DNA from: a virus
Taxonomy: Duplodnaviria; Caudoviricetes
Strand: one strand, 5' to 3'
Length of the DNA: 64,000 nt
IMG/VR virus record: IMGVR_UViG_2857192945_000001
Span: 7,598-71,597 of that record
The position numbers and the translations under genes are program-made. This document shows, piece by piece, positions 1 through 9,233 of this stretch. How positions within the stretch are numbered: position 1 is the first letter of the stretch; the number at the start of each line of letters is the position of its first letter. The notes beneath the pieces were generated by a model. It saw nothing but the letters and a program-made list of their open reading frames with translations, made no database searches and was not told where the DNA came from.

Positions 1-30
1 GAAGAAGATCGAACTGATCCGGGAGGCTGC

Positions 31-942
31 GTGACCTACGAAACGAGCGAAGAGCAGCAGGCGTTCATTCTGGGCGCCGACGATTTCTGGGGTGAGGGGA
101 AAGCTAACCCACACCCCCAAGACACAGCAGAGTGGGCGGCGTATGAGGCTGGGTATCGCAGCCAGTCACATGCTCTCGACCAACAAGCATTAGCCATGGA
201 GGGCAGCATGCCGCGCAAGAGCCTGGATGACATACTGAGCAATGACCGATCCGTTTCGCGGGGGGCGAGGTACTCCTCAGATGACCTGTTCAGCGGGTCG
301 AGCAAGGGGTACACGGGCTCCAGCAAGAACTGGTCAAATTCCCACAGGTGTTACACGAAACACCCGCCCTTGAAGCTTCCAGGTACGGAACTAGTGATCT
401 ACGGCGGGTCCTGCTCCGATCCTGTCGTTCTGGACGCTGACGTGTATATCGGCTTCGACGGGTCGATGCGTTGGACCGAGCGCCATTACCCATGGAAGAA
501 GGGTGACGAGGTCTATTTCCGCATTCAGGACATGGGCGTTCCGCAGAAGCCGGACGAGTTCAAGAAGCTGGTCAAGTGGACTCGGCAGCAGCTCGAGGAT
601 GGTCGCAAGGTGCATTGTGGTTGCATCGGTGGACACGGTCGTACGGGGACATTCCTCGCGGCTCTCGTTTCCGATTTCGGTGAGCAGGATGCGGTTACCT
701 ACGTGCGGGAGAACTACTGTCAGAAGGCGGTCGAGTCGAAGTCCCAGATGGACTTCCTGCACGAGCATTTCGGTATCAAGAAGGTCGAAGGATCGAAGGC
801 GAGTAAGAGCTCGCACAGCAAGGGCTCGAACAAGTCGTCCAATGTGAAGGACTTCGGCAGTTACTCGTCGCGGTCCGGCTCCAGTAAGGCGACCGCCAAG
901 GTGTATGGATATCTAAAGGGCGCCGGCTCGATTTGGGAATAG
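31..942 (+). CDS. Cys-based (CX5R) protein-tyrosine/dual-specificity phosphatase family protein; possible alternative start at ATG 208
   Basis: VHCGCIGGHGRTGT contains the C-x5-R-T catalytic loop; upstream FRIQDMGVP resembles the general-acid loop; strong SD GCCATGGAGGGC at 193-204 precedes ATG 208. Confidence 0.75.
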   Translation: MTYETSEEQQAFILGADDFWGEGKANPHPQDTAEWAAYEAGYRSQSHALDQQALAMEGSMPRKSLDDILSNDRSVSRGARYSSDDLFSGSSKGYTGSSKNWSNSHRCYTKHPPLKLPGTELVIYGGSCSDPVVLDADVYIGFDGSMRWTERHYPWKKGDEVYFRIQDMGVPQKPDEFKKLVKWTRQQLEDGRKVHCGCIGGHGRTGTFLAALVSDFGEQDAVTYVRENYCQKAVESKSQMDFLHEHFGIKKVEGSKASKSSHSKGSNKSSNVKDFGSYSSRSGSSKATAKVYGYLKGAGSIWE

Positions 943-958
943 CATTATGCTTTAATTG

Positions 959-1007
959 TGCAGTTAATTGCATTTTCAATTGCACAAGCAGGCCCCTCAA
1001 GTAAGAT
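959..1007 (+). promoter_or_regulatory. Palindrome followed by sigma70-like promoter
   Basis: Palindrome 959-972, TTGCAC 980-985, 16-nt spacer, TAAGAT 1002-1007; same geometry as 51678, 54798 and 59035. Confidence 0.6.
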
Positions 1008-1040
1008 CAAAATGAAGGGCTATCCGATACAAGGAGGTTA

Positions 1041-1925
1041 GTGGTGGCTGTGAATATCAAGGTGACCGGCAAGGCGAACACGACAGCCTGGACCGTTCTG
1101 AAAAAGCTCAACATTCCCGACGCCGATATCGAGTGGCTTCGCAAGTCCCCGCTCAAGGTCAACCTCATGTCGTCTGCGCTCCTGTTTCAGGTGCCGACTG
1201 TTGATCATTATGGGGTTGTCGCCACATATGACGTCAAGTTCGGCTTGATAGAACTGGCAAACCTTGCGAAGGGGAACCTGACCTCGGCCAAAATGTCTGT
1301 TCTGGCTCATCAAATGATGGTCGTGGTCGAACACATCAAAAGCAAGTACGGGGCTTATCTGGACACGTTGCCCCCTGCGCCCGAACAGTTGCCCGGAACT
1401 TTGGGTAAGCTGCCGCCAATCACCAAAACTCCGATGACCTTTTCGGAGGCGGTAAAACAGGCATCCGTAGCGACAATCGCCAGCGCTGCAATGCAGCATC
1501 CAGTTGTGGCGGCCCAGCAAGTTCCTAATGCGGGGACGCTCTGGCCGATGTTTGACATGGATAAGATCAAGACAGCGGATCTGGTGAAATTGCGCGATGC
1601 CACGCACATGTATCAACCGGTTCACGGATCGTCGCCGGGATCGAGATATTTCATGGTGGGTGCTAATTCGGATCTGAGGATTGCTGCTCGGCTAAAGAAG
1701 GGCCAGTTGTCTGTTCGCATAGAAGGCCCCAACTGGAGCCAGTACCAGCATCAGATACAGTCCGTCGGCTTTTCGAAACTATCGAAGGGTGATGGTTACG
1801 CCTCGGTTCACTTCGATGTTGGTGACGATATCAGTCTCGCCAACAAAACGCTGGGAGCCATTCTTACCGGTCTTGGCATCGGATTGGAGACACCGATACC
1901 GAACCTGGCTGTCATCAACAAATAA
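1041..1925 (+). CDS. Hypothetical phage protein (294 aa)
   Basis: Long ORF with AAGGAGG SD before GTG; no motif recognised. Confidence 0.75.
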   Translation: MVAVNIKVTGKANTTAWTVLKKLNIPDADIEWLRKSPLKVNLMSSALLFQVPTVDHYGVVATYDVKFGLIELANLAKGNLTSAKMSVLAHQMMVVVEHIKSKYGAYLDTLPPAPEQLPGTLGKLPPITKTPMTFSEAVKQASVATIASAAMQHPVVAAQQVPNAGTLWPMFDMDKIKTADLVKLRDATHMYQPVHGSSPGSRYFMVGANSDLRIAARLKKGQLSVRIEGPNWSQYQHQIQSVGFSKLSKGDGYASVHFDVGDDISLANKTLGAILTGLGIGLETPIPNLAVINK

Positions 1926-1929
1926 GAGG

Positions 1930-2145
1930 ATGATCATGCTCACTAGAGAGCAATTCGACGCGCTTGAACCCGGCGACGTTATCGAGACAGAATCACTGTT
2001 CCCCAGCCTCACCAAGGAGAAGGTGTCGTTTCATGTGACCGAAAGGACGTCTGACAAGGTGCAGTTCGTTCTGTCGTTTCTAGGCATCACGCTGGGCAAG
2101 TGGAGCTGCGTGAATTTCAAGGGGAAGCTGGTATGGGAGAAGTGA
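1930..2145 (+). CDS. Hypothetical protein
   Basis: AGAGGA SD, ATG 1930/1936, packed against neighbours. Confidence 0.6.
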   Translation: MIMLTREQFDALEPGDVIETESLFPSLTKEKVSFHVTERTSDKVQFVLSFLGITLGKWSCVNFKGKLVWEK

Positions 2146-2546
2146 GCTACACGAACCGCGTCTACGCGCTGGCCGATGCGCTCGGTATGGCGCTGGATGG
2201 TGAAGGCTACTCGGGCAAGCTGACCGGTGGGCGCATCAAGAAGTGGCGTATCCACGGTGAGGTATTCGAATTTAACCAGAAGGTTGTTTCTTCCGGGCTG
2301 ATCGGAAACCGTATCGCCATCATCGCCAAGGTGGGCGGAAACCTTGCGGCTCTGGTTGAAGTCGACCCAGAAGGCAAGATCACCGTTCATCTGCTCAATC
2401 TCGCTCACATGGAGCAGAGCCACAACTGGATCGAAAACTACAAGCCAAAAGACATAAAGAGCTGCCTCAACCTTCTCGGCAAGGCGGTCGTTAAGTCGTT
2501 CATGAAGATCGACAAGCACAAGTGGACGGAGCTCGCTGCCGTCTGA
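2133..2546 (+). CDS. Hypothetical protein
   Basis: ATG 2133 overlaps previous gene end; phage-like codon usage; followed by palindrome. Confidence 0.65.
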   Translation: MGEVSYTNRVYALADALGMALDGEGYSGKLTGGRIKKWRIHGEVFEFNQKVVSSGLIGNRIAIIAKVGGNLAALVEVDPEGKITVHLLNLAHMEQSHNWIENYKPKDIKSCLNLLGKAVVKSFMKIDKHKWTELAAV

Positions 2547-2575
2547 TTTGCAATTAACTGCACTGAAAGTACGAT

Positions 2576-4969
2576 ATGACGATTTTGATTTGGACAACGT
2601 CAGAAACCTCGCTCCTGCAGAAAACCTTTGGCCCGATTATGAGGTCGTTCCGGCCCGACGTTCCGGCTCACAAGTTCGTACCGTGGAAAGAGGAGGACCC
2701 TGTGCCGGAGGCCGGGAAAGGGGACGTAGTCCTTGTCTGCGGCAGCAAGCCACTGGAAACGATGCGGCGAGAGGGTCTGGTTCAGAAGAACCTGACTCTC
2801 AACTCATTACGGGAAAAGCCATTGAAGCGGGGTGGCGGGCATTACCTCCTGACGTTCGACCCGTACTCGATGATGACCGAGCCGGAAAAAATTGAGTTGC
2901 TCGCCTGGGACGTTCGCCTGGCGGCCCGCGTGATGCGCACCGGTTCTCCGTTGCCGAACCTCGGCCAGTATAAATGGGTGAACACTTACCAGCCCATGAT
3001 CGATTGGATCGAGGAACGGTACGCCAAGACAGGCAAGGCCGTCGACGTAGCCTGCGATACCGAAACGATGGGCTTCTATCCGTGGTATCCGGACAAGGAC
3101 ATAGTCTCGATCAGCTTCACTGCGAAGCCGATGACCGCGGAAGTTCTGTATCTGGGCCCGCAAAAGCGCCCGATAGATCTCGACCCCAACGTGCCGCTGT
3201 TCGATCAGATCCAGTGGCTCCTGACGTCTCCGAAGGTGAAGCTGCGTTTCTCCAACGGCAAGTACGACCTGATCTGGATCGCGGAGAAGTGGGGCATTGA
3301 GTGCACGAACTTCAAGTTCGACAACATGCTAGTCGGAACTTTGCTGAACGAGAACCTGTCGAACAGCCTGAATATCCACGCCAAGGTTCGGACGGACATG
3401 GGTGGGTATGACGACAGCTTCAACGACAAGTACGACAAGGGCCACATGGAGAAGATCCCGGCGAATGACGATTTCCTCGTTTATGCCGGAGGCGACACGG
3501 ATGCGGCCCAACGCGTGGCCGACAACCTCCGGGACGAGCTCGCTGAAGACGAGCAACTGACCAAGTTTTACATCACCATCCTTCATCCTGCCGCGCGCGC
3601 CTTCGAGAAGATCGAGCGCCGTGGTGTCTGTGTGGATCAGGAGAAGTTCGCGATCCTCCGCGATGACCTCAAGAAGGTAGTCAAGGAGAACCAGGACAAG
3701 GCGCTTGCAATCCTTCCGAACCGGATGCGGATCAAGTACCGGGACCGGATCGACGACCAGATCGCGGCTGGTAAGAACCCGCTACTGCCATCCATCCTCA
3801 AGGAGTTCTTCTTCACCCCTCACGGGTTGAACCTCAAGCCCAAGATGACCACCGGCAAGACAGGCGAACCTTCCATGGCGAAGGCCCATCTTCGCCAGTT
3901 TGCAGATGTGCCGGCGGCCATGGAGATGGTTGGTGTCCTGACCGAGATGGACTCGGCGGCCAAAACGCTCTCGACCTTCGTGGAAGGCTTTCTCAAGCAC
4001 CTGCGTCCGGACGGCAAGTTCCATACGACATACTTCCTCGGTCGTGCGGAGTTCGAAGGCCACGATGACGATGAAAGCGGCACCGTAACGGGGCGCCTGT
4101 CGGCCAAAGACCCGCCGTTCCAGGTGGTGCCGAAGAAGACCAAGTGGGCCAAGCGCATTCGCGAATGCTTCCCGGCGCCGAAGGGCTATGTCGTCCTGTC
4201 TCTCGACTACAGCCAGGGCGAGCTGAAGGTCGTCGCCTGCGTGGCGAACGAGAAGACCATGATCCAGGCGTACATGGACGGCCTCGACCTCCACGCACTG
4301 ACCGGAGCCAAGCTTGCTCAGGTGGACGTGCAGGAGTTCCTGAAGTGGAAGGACAGCGAAGACGCCGCACTGGCAGCCGCATTCGAAAAGAACCGCGGAA
4401 ATGCCAAGCCGGCCAACTTTGGACTCCTTTACGGAATGCAGGTCGAAGGCTTCCGTCAGTATGCGTGGGCCAACTACGGCATTAAGCTCTCCTTCGCAGA
4501 AGCCGAAGCGATGCGTAACGCCTTCTTCGAGCTGTATCCGGGTCTGCTCGGTTACCACGAGAAGCAGCGCACACTGGTAAGCATGACGGAACAGGTTCGC
4601 TCACCACTGGGCCGTATCCGCCACCTACCGATGATCAAGTCGTGGGATCGTGAAATCAAGTCCCGAGCCGAGCGCCAGGCAATCAATTCCCCGATCCAGT
4701 CGACGTTGACTGACATGATGTGCTGGGCGATCGCGCTGATCGAGGATGCTTACCCGAACTCGCCAGTGCAGATTGTGGGACAAATCCACGACGCCATGAT
4801 CGCCTATGTGCCGGAGCACGAAGCGACCCTGTGGGCTGGACGCCTCACGGAAATCATGAGCAATCTGCCCTTCCACGAGCTGGGGTGGAACCCTGTCTTG
4901 AAGTTCACCGCGGACGCAGAGGCAGGAGCAACCCTCGCTGATCTGAAGAAGCTGAAACTCGCCGCTTAA
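2576..4969 (+). CDS. polA: Family A DNA polymerase with 3'-5' exonuclease and degenerate N-terminal UDG-like domain
   Basis: ExoI DTET, ExoII NGKYD, ExoIII YAGGD; TVTGRLS; motif A DYSQGEL; motif B RGNAKPANFGLLYG; motif C QIHDA. Confidence 0.95.
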   Translation: MTILIWTTSETSLLQKTFGPIMRSFRPDVPAHKFVPWKEEDPVPEAGKGDVVLVCGSKPLETMRREGLVQKNLTLNSLREKPLKRGGGHYLLTFDPYSMMTEPEKIELLAWDVRLAARVMRTGSPLPNLGQYKWVNTYQPMIDWIEERYAKTGKAVDVACDTETMGFYPWYPDKDIVSISFTAKPMTAEVLYLGPQKRPIDLDPNVPLFDQIQWLLTSPKVKLRFSNGKYDLIWIAEKWGIECTNFKFDNMLVGTLLNENLSNSLNIHAKVRTDMGGYDDSFNDKYDKGHMEKIPANDDFLVYAGGDTDAAQRVADNLRDELAEDEQLTKFYITILHPAARAFEKIERRGVCVDQEKFAILRDDLKKVVKENQDKALAILPNRMRIKYRDRIDDQIAAGKNPLLPSILKEFFFTPHGLNLKPKMTTGKTGEPSMAKAHLRQFADVPAAMEMVGVLTEMDSAAKTLSTFVEGFLKHLRPDGKFHTTYFLGRAEFEGHDDDESGTVTGRLSAKDPPFQVVPKKTKWAKRIRECFPAPKGYVVLSLDYSQGELKVVACVANEKTMIQAYMDGLDLHALTGAKLAQVDVQEFLKWKDSEDAALAAAFEKNRGNAKPANFGLLYGMQVEGFRQYAWANYGIKLSFAEAEAMRNAFFELYPGLLGYHEKQRTLVSMTEQVRSPLGRIRHLPMIKSWDREIKSRAERQAINSPIQSTLTDMMCWAIALIEDAYPNSPVQIVGQIHDAMIAYVPEHEATLWAGRLTEIMSNLPFHELGWNPVLKFTADAEAGATLADLKKLKLAA

Positions 4970-5030
4970 TGATTGTGCAATTAATTGCATACCGGTAAGC
5001 TGGAGTGACAGCTGACAAAGAAGGTGTGTG

Positions 5031-6902
5031 ATGAGCGACGAGAACAAGACAGAGGGCAATCGCCCTCAGCTGCGCCTGGTAAAGTTTCAGGGCGACGGGG
5101 ACCCGGTCCTCGATAAGCTGCGCGGAAAGGTGACGAAGGCGAATGGTGAGGCAGTAGCCGCCAACGCCTTCGAAAGTGAAGACGAATACCAGGACCTTTA
5201 TATCGGCGCCGCTCGCGACGTCGGTATTCTCGAACCACCGTACAACCTCAAAAGTCTCGACAGGCTCGCTCAGGAGAACAACGCCCTGAGCCCCTGTGTC
5301 GAGGCGATGGTCACCAACGTTGATGGCACCGGCTACGACTTCGAAAAAGATGGCGAAGAAGCCGAGGACCACCACGACGACACACATATCGACCACTTGA
5401 ATGATTTCTTTAGCCAGCCGTGGCCTGGTGTCTCCTTCCAGACAATACGCAAGGAACTGCGCCGCGATCTCGAGCGTACTGGCAATGCTTATCTCGAAGT
5501 GCTGCGCAACCCGCAGGACGAGATTGTGTTCTTTCGTCGCGTCGACGCCAAGATGATGCGTCTAGTCAAGCTGGACGATCCGATCCCAGTCAAGCGCACG
5601 GTCAAGCGCCGCGGCAAGGACGAGACGATCACCGTCATGCAGCGCGAGCGTCGTTTCTGCCAGATGGTGAACGGAGTCAGCCTCGTTTACTTCAAGGAGT
5701 TCGGCGCAACCCGCGACGTCCATAAGAAGCGGGGCTCATGGTCACCAGTCGGTAACAGGCTGCCAGCGGACATTCGTGGCACCGAGATCATCCACTTCAC
5801 GTTGCTTCCCGACTCGCACACGCCTTATGGCGTTCCCCGTTGGATCAGCCAGCTGCCGTCCGTTCTTGGCTCCCGCAAGGCCGAAGAGTTTAATCTGGAG
5901 TTCTTCGATAATGGCGGCGTCCCCCCGGCGCTGATCATCCTGCAAGGCGGCTCTCTCCAGCACGAGACACGCAACGCCCTCGATCAGAAGTTGGCTCAGG
6001 GTACTGCCGGCCAGAAGAACCGCATTCAGGTGCTGGAGGTTGAGCCCACCGGCGGCTCCATGGACAAGGAAAGCACTGTCCGCGTGACGGTGGAACGCTT
6101 CGGGGCCGAGCGTCAGAACGATGCGATGTTCGAGAATTATGACGACAAGTGCGAGACCCGCATTCGTCGCTCGTTCCGCCTGCCTCCGATCTTCGTGGGC
6201 AAGGCCGACGACTATTCGTTCGCGACCGCCTTCGCCAGCTACACGGTTGCTGAGGCTCAGGTGTTCAAGCCGGAGCGCGACGAGTTCGACGAGATTATCA
6301 GCCTGAAGCTGATCAAGGCGCTGGGCTTCCACGATTACAAGATGGTATCCAAGCCGCTCGTTATCGAAGACGCCACGCTCAAGCTCGAAGGCATCAACAT
6401 GGCGATCCAGACCAATCAGGTCGACATGGAAGATATCATCTACGAGATCAACGAAGCCTGCGGCACCGACATTCGTGTCAGCGACAAGCCTCGTGTTCTC
6501 ACGGGAGCCAGCCATACGATCGACGCGGACGGCAACATCGTCCCGGTCCCTAAGGAAATCCCGGCCAACCAGAACGAGCCGACCAAACCTGGGGCCAAGC
6601 CAAAGGTCTCAGCCAAGACACCGACCCCGGTCGAGAAGATCGAGCATCGCGGCGTGAATGACCTAGCCCTTGACACTATGATCGCGCTCCGCAACCGGGA
6701 CACGGTCGCCCTGGCCAAGAACATCACGCTGATCAACTCACTCGACAGCGCGGGGTTCGATCGCTTCCGGAAGGCGTCGGCGGATCTTCAGTTCATCGAT
6801 ACGACGCTCGACAGCGAGGGGCTGACGGATTTGGCTTCCTGCACGATCTCCGTCATGAACCGTAGCCTGGCCAAGCAGGATTGCTGCGGCCACGTACACT
6901 GA
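5031..6902 (+). CDS. Portal protein (PBSX-like family)
   Basis: GNAYLEV, YGVPRW, FFDNGGVP, FRLPPIFVG portal-type motifs; first gene of head module. Confidence 0.85.
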   Translation: MSDENKTEGNRPQLRLVKFQGDGDPVLDKLRGKVTKANGEAVAANAFESEDEYQDLYIGAARDVGILEPPYNLKSLDRLAQENNALSPCVEAMVTNVDGTGYDFEKDGEEAEDHHDDTHIDHLNDFFSQPWPGVSFQTIRKELRRDLERTGNAYLEVLRNPQDEIVFFRRVDAKMMRLVKLDDPIPVKRTVKRRGKDETITVMQRERRFCQMVNGVSLVYFKEFGATRDVHKKRGSWSPVGNRLPADIRGTEIIHFTLLPDSHTPYGVPRWISQLPSVLGSRKAEEFNLEFFDNGGVPPALIILQGGSLQHETRNALDQKLAQGTAGQKNRIQVLEVEPTGGSMDKESTVRVTVERFGAERQNDAMFENYDDKCETRIRRSFRLPPIFVGKADDYSFATAFASYTVAEAQVFKPERDEFDEIISLKLIKALGFHDYKMVSKPLVIEDATLKLEGINMAIQTNQVDMEDIIYEINEACGTDIRVSDKPRVLTGASHTIDADGNIVPVPKEIPANQNEPTKPGAKPKVSAKTPTPVEKIEHRGVNDLALDTMIALRNRDTVALAKNITLINSLDSAGFDRFRKASADLQFIDTTLDSEGLTDLASCTISVMNRSLAKQDCCGHVH

Positions 6903-6910
6903 GGTGAGAC

Positions 6911-8458
6911 ATGCTTGATGCGAAAGCATTCATCGCCTTGGAAACCACCCAGTCCGCTGTGATGCGGGCTGGTTGGCGTAAGGAGGCAGCGCGGCACATC
7001 AAGGCACTGGAGCCGATGCTCGCCCAAGGGCAGTGGGATTACGCCCACGAATACGTCGACAAGATCACGATGAACGGAGTTGTGGGAAACCACTTCGCTC
7101 GCCTTGAGGAGCTGGCCGTATCCTCGATCCTGTTCGGCGCCCAGAATGTCACACAGGATCTGAAAAAGACGAGCTTTGTGACAGGCTCCGCTGAAATCCC
7201 GTATGGGATGCAGCAAGCCCTCGAGCAGATGAATTTTATGATCGAGCGAGACGGGGCCGAGCTGCTGCGCAAAGAGCTGCATGCGATTATCCGCCAGGAA
7301 GAGATCGAGTTCCGGGAGGCCATCGCCAAGTCGGGCAAGCAGACGCTTTATGTCCATCGTCCATTGCTCAACGCAGTGCAATTGATTGCATGGGCAAGAT
7401 TGAATGGCTTCAAGACGGCTGTTCCGCCAGAGGAGATGCACGTTACCGTCTGCTACAGCAAAACGCCCATTGATTGGGGCGACCCTGGCTATTCTGCGCC
7501 TGGTGTGCGTGCGTCGGGCGGCAAGCGCACCATAGAGCGGTTCGGCAAGGCGATCGTTCTCACTTTTGAGAGCCAAGACTTGCATGACGACCACGAGCGC
7601 TTTGAAGACTCGGGAGCCTCGTGGGATCACCCGAGCTACAGACCACACGTCACGATCTCTTACGACGAAAACCAAGAAATCGACATTAGCAAGATCGAGC
7701 CGTTCACCTTCGACCTCGAGTTCGGGCCAGAGGTGTTCGCACCTGTGAAGGAGGATTGGTCATCCGGTATCAAGGAAATCCGCCTGAACAAGGCAGCAAA
7801 CCTCAGCCTTGCCGAGAAGCTGAACAACGCCGTGATGGGCAAAGGCGGCAAGATCATCGACATAGGCGCGAACCTCACGACAAGCCGGCTGGTGTCTCTC
7901 GGTTTCCTCGCAGAGGCGATCGACGCCGAGATTGACACGTACCAGGTGAATGAGGTGCTGGACGAGCTGACATGCCCTGTATGCCGTTACATGCATGGCA
8001 AGACGTTCCGCGTGGAGAATGAGTTCTCGCGCACCATGAACGTGCTATCGACCACCGACCCGAAAGAGCTGAAGGGACTTGCTCCGTGGCCACTTCAGAC
8101 AAAGGCCGGCCTCAAGAGTCTGTATGCAATGTCAATCGGTGACATGCAGAATGCAGGCTACGGCAGCCCGCCTTATCACCCCGGATGCCGCGGCTACCTC
8201 TCGCTCACTGGTACGGTGACCGAGGAGTTCCCGATCGGATCGTTGATGATCACGGAAGCAGCTCTCCCAGAGAAGCCGAAAGTGACTCCAAAGCCCGCAA
8301 AACCGGCAACTCCATGGCTCGAGAAACCCACTGGATGGCTCGACGTCATCAACAGGATCAAAGACCAGTCGAAGCGCGAGGCCGCTCTTCAGGCGTGGTC
8401 TGATGAGAACTACGATCTCGTTCGTGAACTAATCGTGGAAGCCGGTCTGTCGGTTTGA
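6911..8458 (+). CDS. Head morphogenesis (MuF/SPP1 gp7-like) protein with inserted 2H phosphoesterase (Acb1-like) domain
   Basis: C-terminal DELTCPVC...PPYHPGCR MuF motifs; central HVTVCYS (aa177) and YRPHVTISY (aa246) paired HxT motifs; follows portal. Confidence 0.8.
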   Translation: MLDAKAFIALETTQSAVMRAGWRKEAARHIKALEPMLAQGQWDYAHEYVDKITMNGVVGNHFARLEELAVSSILFGAQNVTQDLKKTSFVTGSAEIPYGMQQALEQMNFMIERDGAELLRKELHAIIRQEEIEFREAIAKSGKQTLYVHRPLLNAVQLIAWARLNGFKTAVPPEEMHVTVCYSKTPIDWGDPGYSAPGVRASGGKRTIERFGKAIVLTFESQDLHDDHERFEDSGASWDHPSYRPHVTISYDENQEIDISKIEPFTFDLEFGPEVFAPVKEDWSSGIKEIRLNKAANLSLAEKLNNAVMGKGGKIIDIGANLTTSRLVSLGFLAEAIDAEIDTYQVNEVLDELTCPVCRYMHGKTFRVENEFSRTMNVLSTTDPKELKGLAPWPLQTKAGLKSLYAMSIGDMQNAGYGSPPYHPGCRGYLSLTGTVTEEFPIGSLMITEAALPEKPKVTPKPAKPATPWLEKPTGWLDVINRIKDQSKREAALQAWSDENYDLVRELIVEAGLSV

Positions 8459-8487
8459 CGTCGGCACACGTATTAGTCCGCTTTCAT

Positions 8488-8524
8488 TGCAATTAATTGC
8501 AAACAGGAAACCCCTGCGTATTCT
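8488..8524 (+). promoter_or_regulatory. Palindrome overlapping -35 of a putative promoter
   Basis: TTGCAA 8497-8502 (right half of palindrome), 16 nt, TATTCT 8519-8524, upstream of protease gene. Confidence 0.45.
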
Positions 8525-8561
8525 CCGGCTCGTGACACGCACATGAGACGGGGAGACCGGG

Positions 8562-9233
8562 TTGTTCGGAACAAGCTTCAAGGACGGGTGGATGAAGGGC
8601 GCGCAAGCGGCCCCGGTTCATCATGCTTTGAAGGGCGATGCGAGCCAGAAGTCGATCCAGATCAAGAAGCAGGACGAAGAACAGCAGCTCGTTTTTGGTG
8701 AGGTGTTTGCGCCGGGGTTCCCTGACAGCCAGGGGGACTTCATGACGGTCGAGACCATCCAGGAGATGGCTTATGGCTTCATGCGCAAGGGTTTCGTTCA
8801 GAAGATCGATATCCAGCACTCTCAGCAGGAAAGTGGCTGCTACGTCGTCGAAAGCTTCATTGCGCGTGAGGGTGACCCGACTTTCATTCCTGGGAGCTGG
8901 GTGCTGGGCGTCAAGGTCCCCGATCCGGAGATCTGGAGCCTGGTCAAGTCCGGGGAGCTCAACGGCTTCTCTCTTGATGGCTTCGGGGTTCGTGTCGACA
9001 GCGTTATCGAGGTCGACATGCCCGACGTCATCCGGGGATTGACGCTCGAGGCCGAAGGCCACTCCCACGTTTTCTACGTCAAGTACGACCAGGACGGCAA
9101 TTTCCTGGGCGGCCACACCGACGTCGTCGACGGTCACATGCATCGAATTTTGCGGGGAACCGCCACGGAGGACTCGAACGGTCACTCCCACCGGTTCTCG
9201 TTCGTCGAAGGAGTGCTCAATGCCCAAGCTTGA
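8562..9233 (+). CDS. XkdF-like prohead serine protease with C-terminal GHxH repeats
   Basis: KKQDEEQQLVFGEVFAP..DSQGD, IDIQH, GSWVLG, GELNGFSLDG typical of XkdF-like proteases; position between MuF and scaffold. Confidence 0.8.
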   Translation: MFGTSFKDGWMKGAQAAPVHHALKGDASQKSIQIKKQDEEQQLVFGEVFAPGFPDSQGDFMTVETIQEMAYGFMRKGFVQKIDIQHSQQESGCYVVESFIAREGDPTFIPGSWVLGVKVPDPEIWSLVKSGELNGFSLDGFGVRVDSVIEVDMPDVIRGLTLEAEGHSHVFYVKYDQDGNFLGGHTDVVDGHMHRILRGTATEDSNGHSHRFSFVEGVLNAQA

